Source: Planctomycetota bacterium (lineage in GTDB: Bacteria; Planctomycetota; Phycisphaerae; Phycisphaerales; SM1A02). Taken from it: a DNA stretch of 24,000 nucleotides. Below, in pieces: positions 22,919-24,000 of this stretch (position 1 is its first letter; each line of letters opens with the position of its first letter). The stretch spans positions 1 through 24,000 of the forward strand of contig QWPV01000045.1 of NCBI GenBank assembly GCA_003671055.1, given 5' to 3'. The notes beneath the pieces were generated by a model. The model saw nothing but the letters and a program-made list of their open reading frames with translations, searched no databases and was not told the DNA's origin. The translations under genes were made by a program, and so were the position numbers.

Positions 22919-24000
22919 ATGCCGCTGATCCAATCACTCGCCGTCGGTCTGCTTGCTTGCGCCGTCCATTGCCTTGCGCCCGCCGCGCTGGCCGACAGTT
23001 CGCAGCCCGGGGCTTTCGCCGTTTCGCAGCGCACCGTCACCGTCACGCGCGCGAGTGGCACGACATTCACCGCGCAGATTCGCTATCCCGCATCGAGCGC
23101 CGCCGCCAATGCGCCCTTTGCAACTGCGGCCGCGCCTGCGCCGGCAATCACCTTCGGCCACGGGTTCCTGAGTGCGGTCAACCTCTACGACTCAACGATG
23201 GATCATCTCGCCAGTCACGGCTACATCGTGATCGCCACCACTAGTGAAGGCTCACTTTTCCCGAATCACGCGAACTTCGCGCTCGATATTCGCCAGTGCC
23301 TCACTTGGCTCGAGGAGCAGAATGCGCTCGCGAGCAGCTGGCTTGTGGGTGATGTGAACACCGCGGCCTTCGGCGTGTCGGGCCACTCGATGGGCGGCGG
23401 CGCGAGCGCTCTTGCCGCCGCGGCCGACCCGCGCATCAAGTGCCTCGCCACTCTCGCCGCTGCGGAGACAAATCCGTCTGCGGCCGCCGCGGCGACTTCT
23501 ATCCAGCTTCCTTCGTGCTTCATCACAGGCGCACAAGACGCCATCGTGGCACCGAGCTCGACGCTCGGCCAATACAACAACTGCGATGCGCCGCGGCAAT
23601 TCGTATCGATTGCCGGCGGTTCGCATTGCGGGTTCGTCGATAGCGCGATCATCGCCTGCGATAGCGGCACGCTCCCGCGCCCAGATCAATTGGCCAAGAC
23701 GCGATCGCTGCTGCTCGACTGGTTCGATGCACACCTGCGCCTTCAATCCAGCGCGTTTACTGCCGCATGGGGCGTGGGTACCCCGATTACGGGAACCACC
23801 ACAACACGCGACGCGCGCACCACGCTCACACTCGGCGCCAGCACGCTCTCGGGAGCCGCGGGCACCAAGCCGCTCGAAACCACGATCACCATTACCAACA
23901 TCGGACCTGATTCCACTGCGTTTGTCCTGCGCGCAAGCTCGTCGCCGTTTGATGTGAGCTTTGTGCCCGCAACCATTGCCGAACTGGCCGCAGGTCAAAG
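22919..24000 (+). CDS. Secreted alpha/beta-fold serine hydrolase (cutinase/polyesterase/lipase-like, dienelactone-hydrolase fold) with a C-terminal beta-sandwich-like extension; the 3' end lies outside the window
   Basis: The frame is open from the ATG at 22919 to the window end (360 codons), so it is absent from the ORF track. Signal peptide: MPLIQSLAVGLLACAVHCLAPAALA/DSS. Triad candidates are Ser157 in GVSGHSMGGG (23387-23389), Asp207 in ITGAQDAIVAP and His236 in IAGGSHCGF (23624-23626). The block order matches actinobacterial cutinase-type polyesterases as I recall them. The tail TLTLGAS...PLETTITITNIGPDSTAFVL looks Ig-like. Confidence 0.8.
   Translation, partial: MPLIQSLAVGLLACAVHCLAPAALADSSQPGAFAVSQRTVTVTRASGTTFTAQIRYPASSAAANAPFATAAAPAPAITFGHGFLSAVNLYDSTMDHLASHGYIVIATTSEGSLFPNHANFALDIRQCLTWLEEQNALASSWLVGDVNTAAFGVSGHSMGGGASALAAAADPRIKCLATLAAAETNPSAAAAATSIQLPSCFITGAQDAIVAPSSTLGQYNNCDAPRQFVSIAGGSHCGFVDSAIIACDSGTLPRPDQLAKTRSLLLDWFDAHLRLQSSAFTAAWGVGTPITGTTTTRDARTTLTLGASTLSGAAGTKPLETTITITNIGPDSTAFVLRASSSPFDVSFVPATIAELAAGQ

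Noticed and set aside
22002-22928. 308-aa plus-strand ORF, plus 22220-22786, opposite holA
   Set aside because: The composition is extremely biased toward Arg/Lys/His (RRRRNIRRQLRKFR and similar) with no motifs. It lies antisense to a plausible holA.
23252-23998. 248-aa minus-strand ORF, plus 23266-23670 and other ORFs in 23412-23976
   Set aside because: These are Arg/Ala/Gly-rich shadow ORFs antisense or out of frame to the well-supported plus-strand hydrolase gene. Such ORFs are typical of GC-rich DNA, and they carry no recognisable motifs.
1-24000. CRISPR arrays, IS elements, rRNA/tRNA genes, toxin-antitoxin or phage-defence cassettes
   Set aside because: I scanned the intergenic spacers and the ORF list and found no regularly spaced repeats, transposase- or integrase-like ORFs, or small paired ORFs. 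The only notable repeats are the astB-flanking pair and the CACTGC triplet reported above.

Overview
GC-rich bacterial chromosomal segment. I saw no rRNA, tRNA, CRISPR array, transposase or integrase. Fifteen consecutive genes (22805 down to 143) are all on the minus strand: holA, an Ala/Pro/Thr-rich lipoprotein, astB, pyrB, then an exosortase-type polysaccharide locus. That locus comprises a Wza-like export lipoprotein, exosortase, EpsI, a 1605-aa TPR protein, a PCP/BY-kinase-like protein, an SDR epimerase/dehydratase and a WecA-like initiating transferase. It runs without a gap into a truncated division (dcw) block: rsmH, a LysM protein, an ftsL-like gene and ftsI. Two plus-strand genes are cut by the window edges and are absent from the ORF track: a 2-oxoacid dehydrogenase E2 3' fragment (2-118) and a secreted cutinase/lipase-like serine hydrolase (22919 to beyond 24000). 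Points worth a second look: (1) the exosortase/EpsI locus is compact, has no polymerase, flippase, glycosyltransferase or PEP-CTERM substrate in the window, and is start/stop-coupled to rsmH where mraZ normally sits; (2) a bitopic LysM protein sits between rsmH and ftsL and has FtsN-like architecture; (3) the PCP/BY-kinase homologue lacks the Walker A lysine; (4) astB is bracketed by a ~111-nt direct repeat, one copy of which is the 5' end of pyrB; (5) the edge-truncated hydrolase has a good sigma70-like promoter that would give a leaderless mRNA. All functional calls come from reading motifs by eye; no database search was possible. Weak Shine-Dalgarno signals and the fragmented dcw cluster are reminiscent of the PVC superphylum (Planctomycetota), but that is only a guess.
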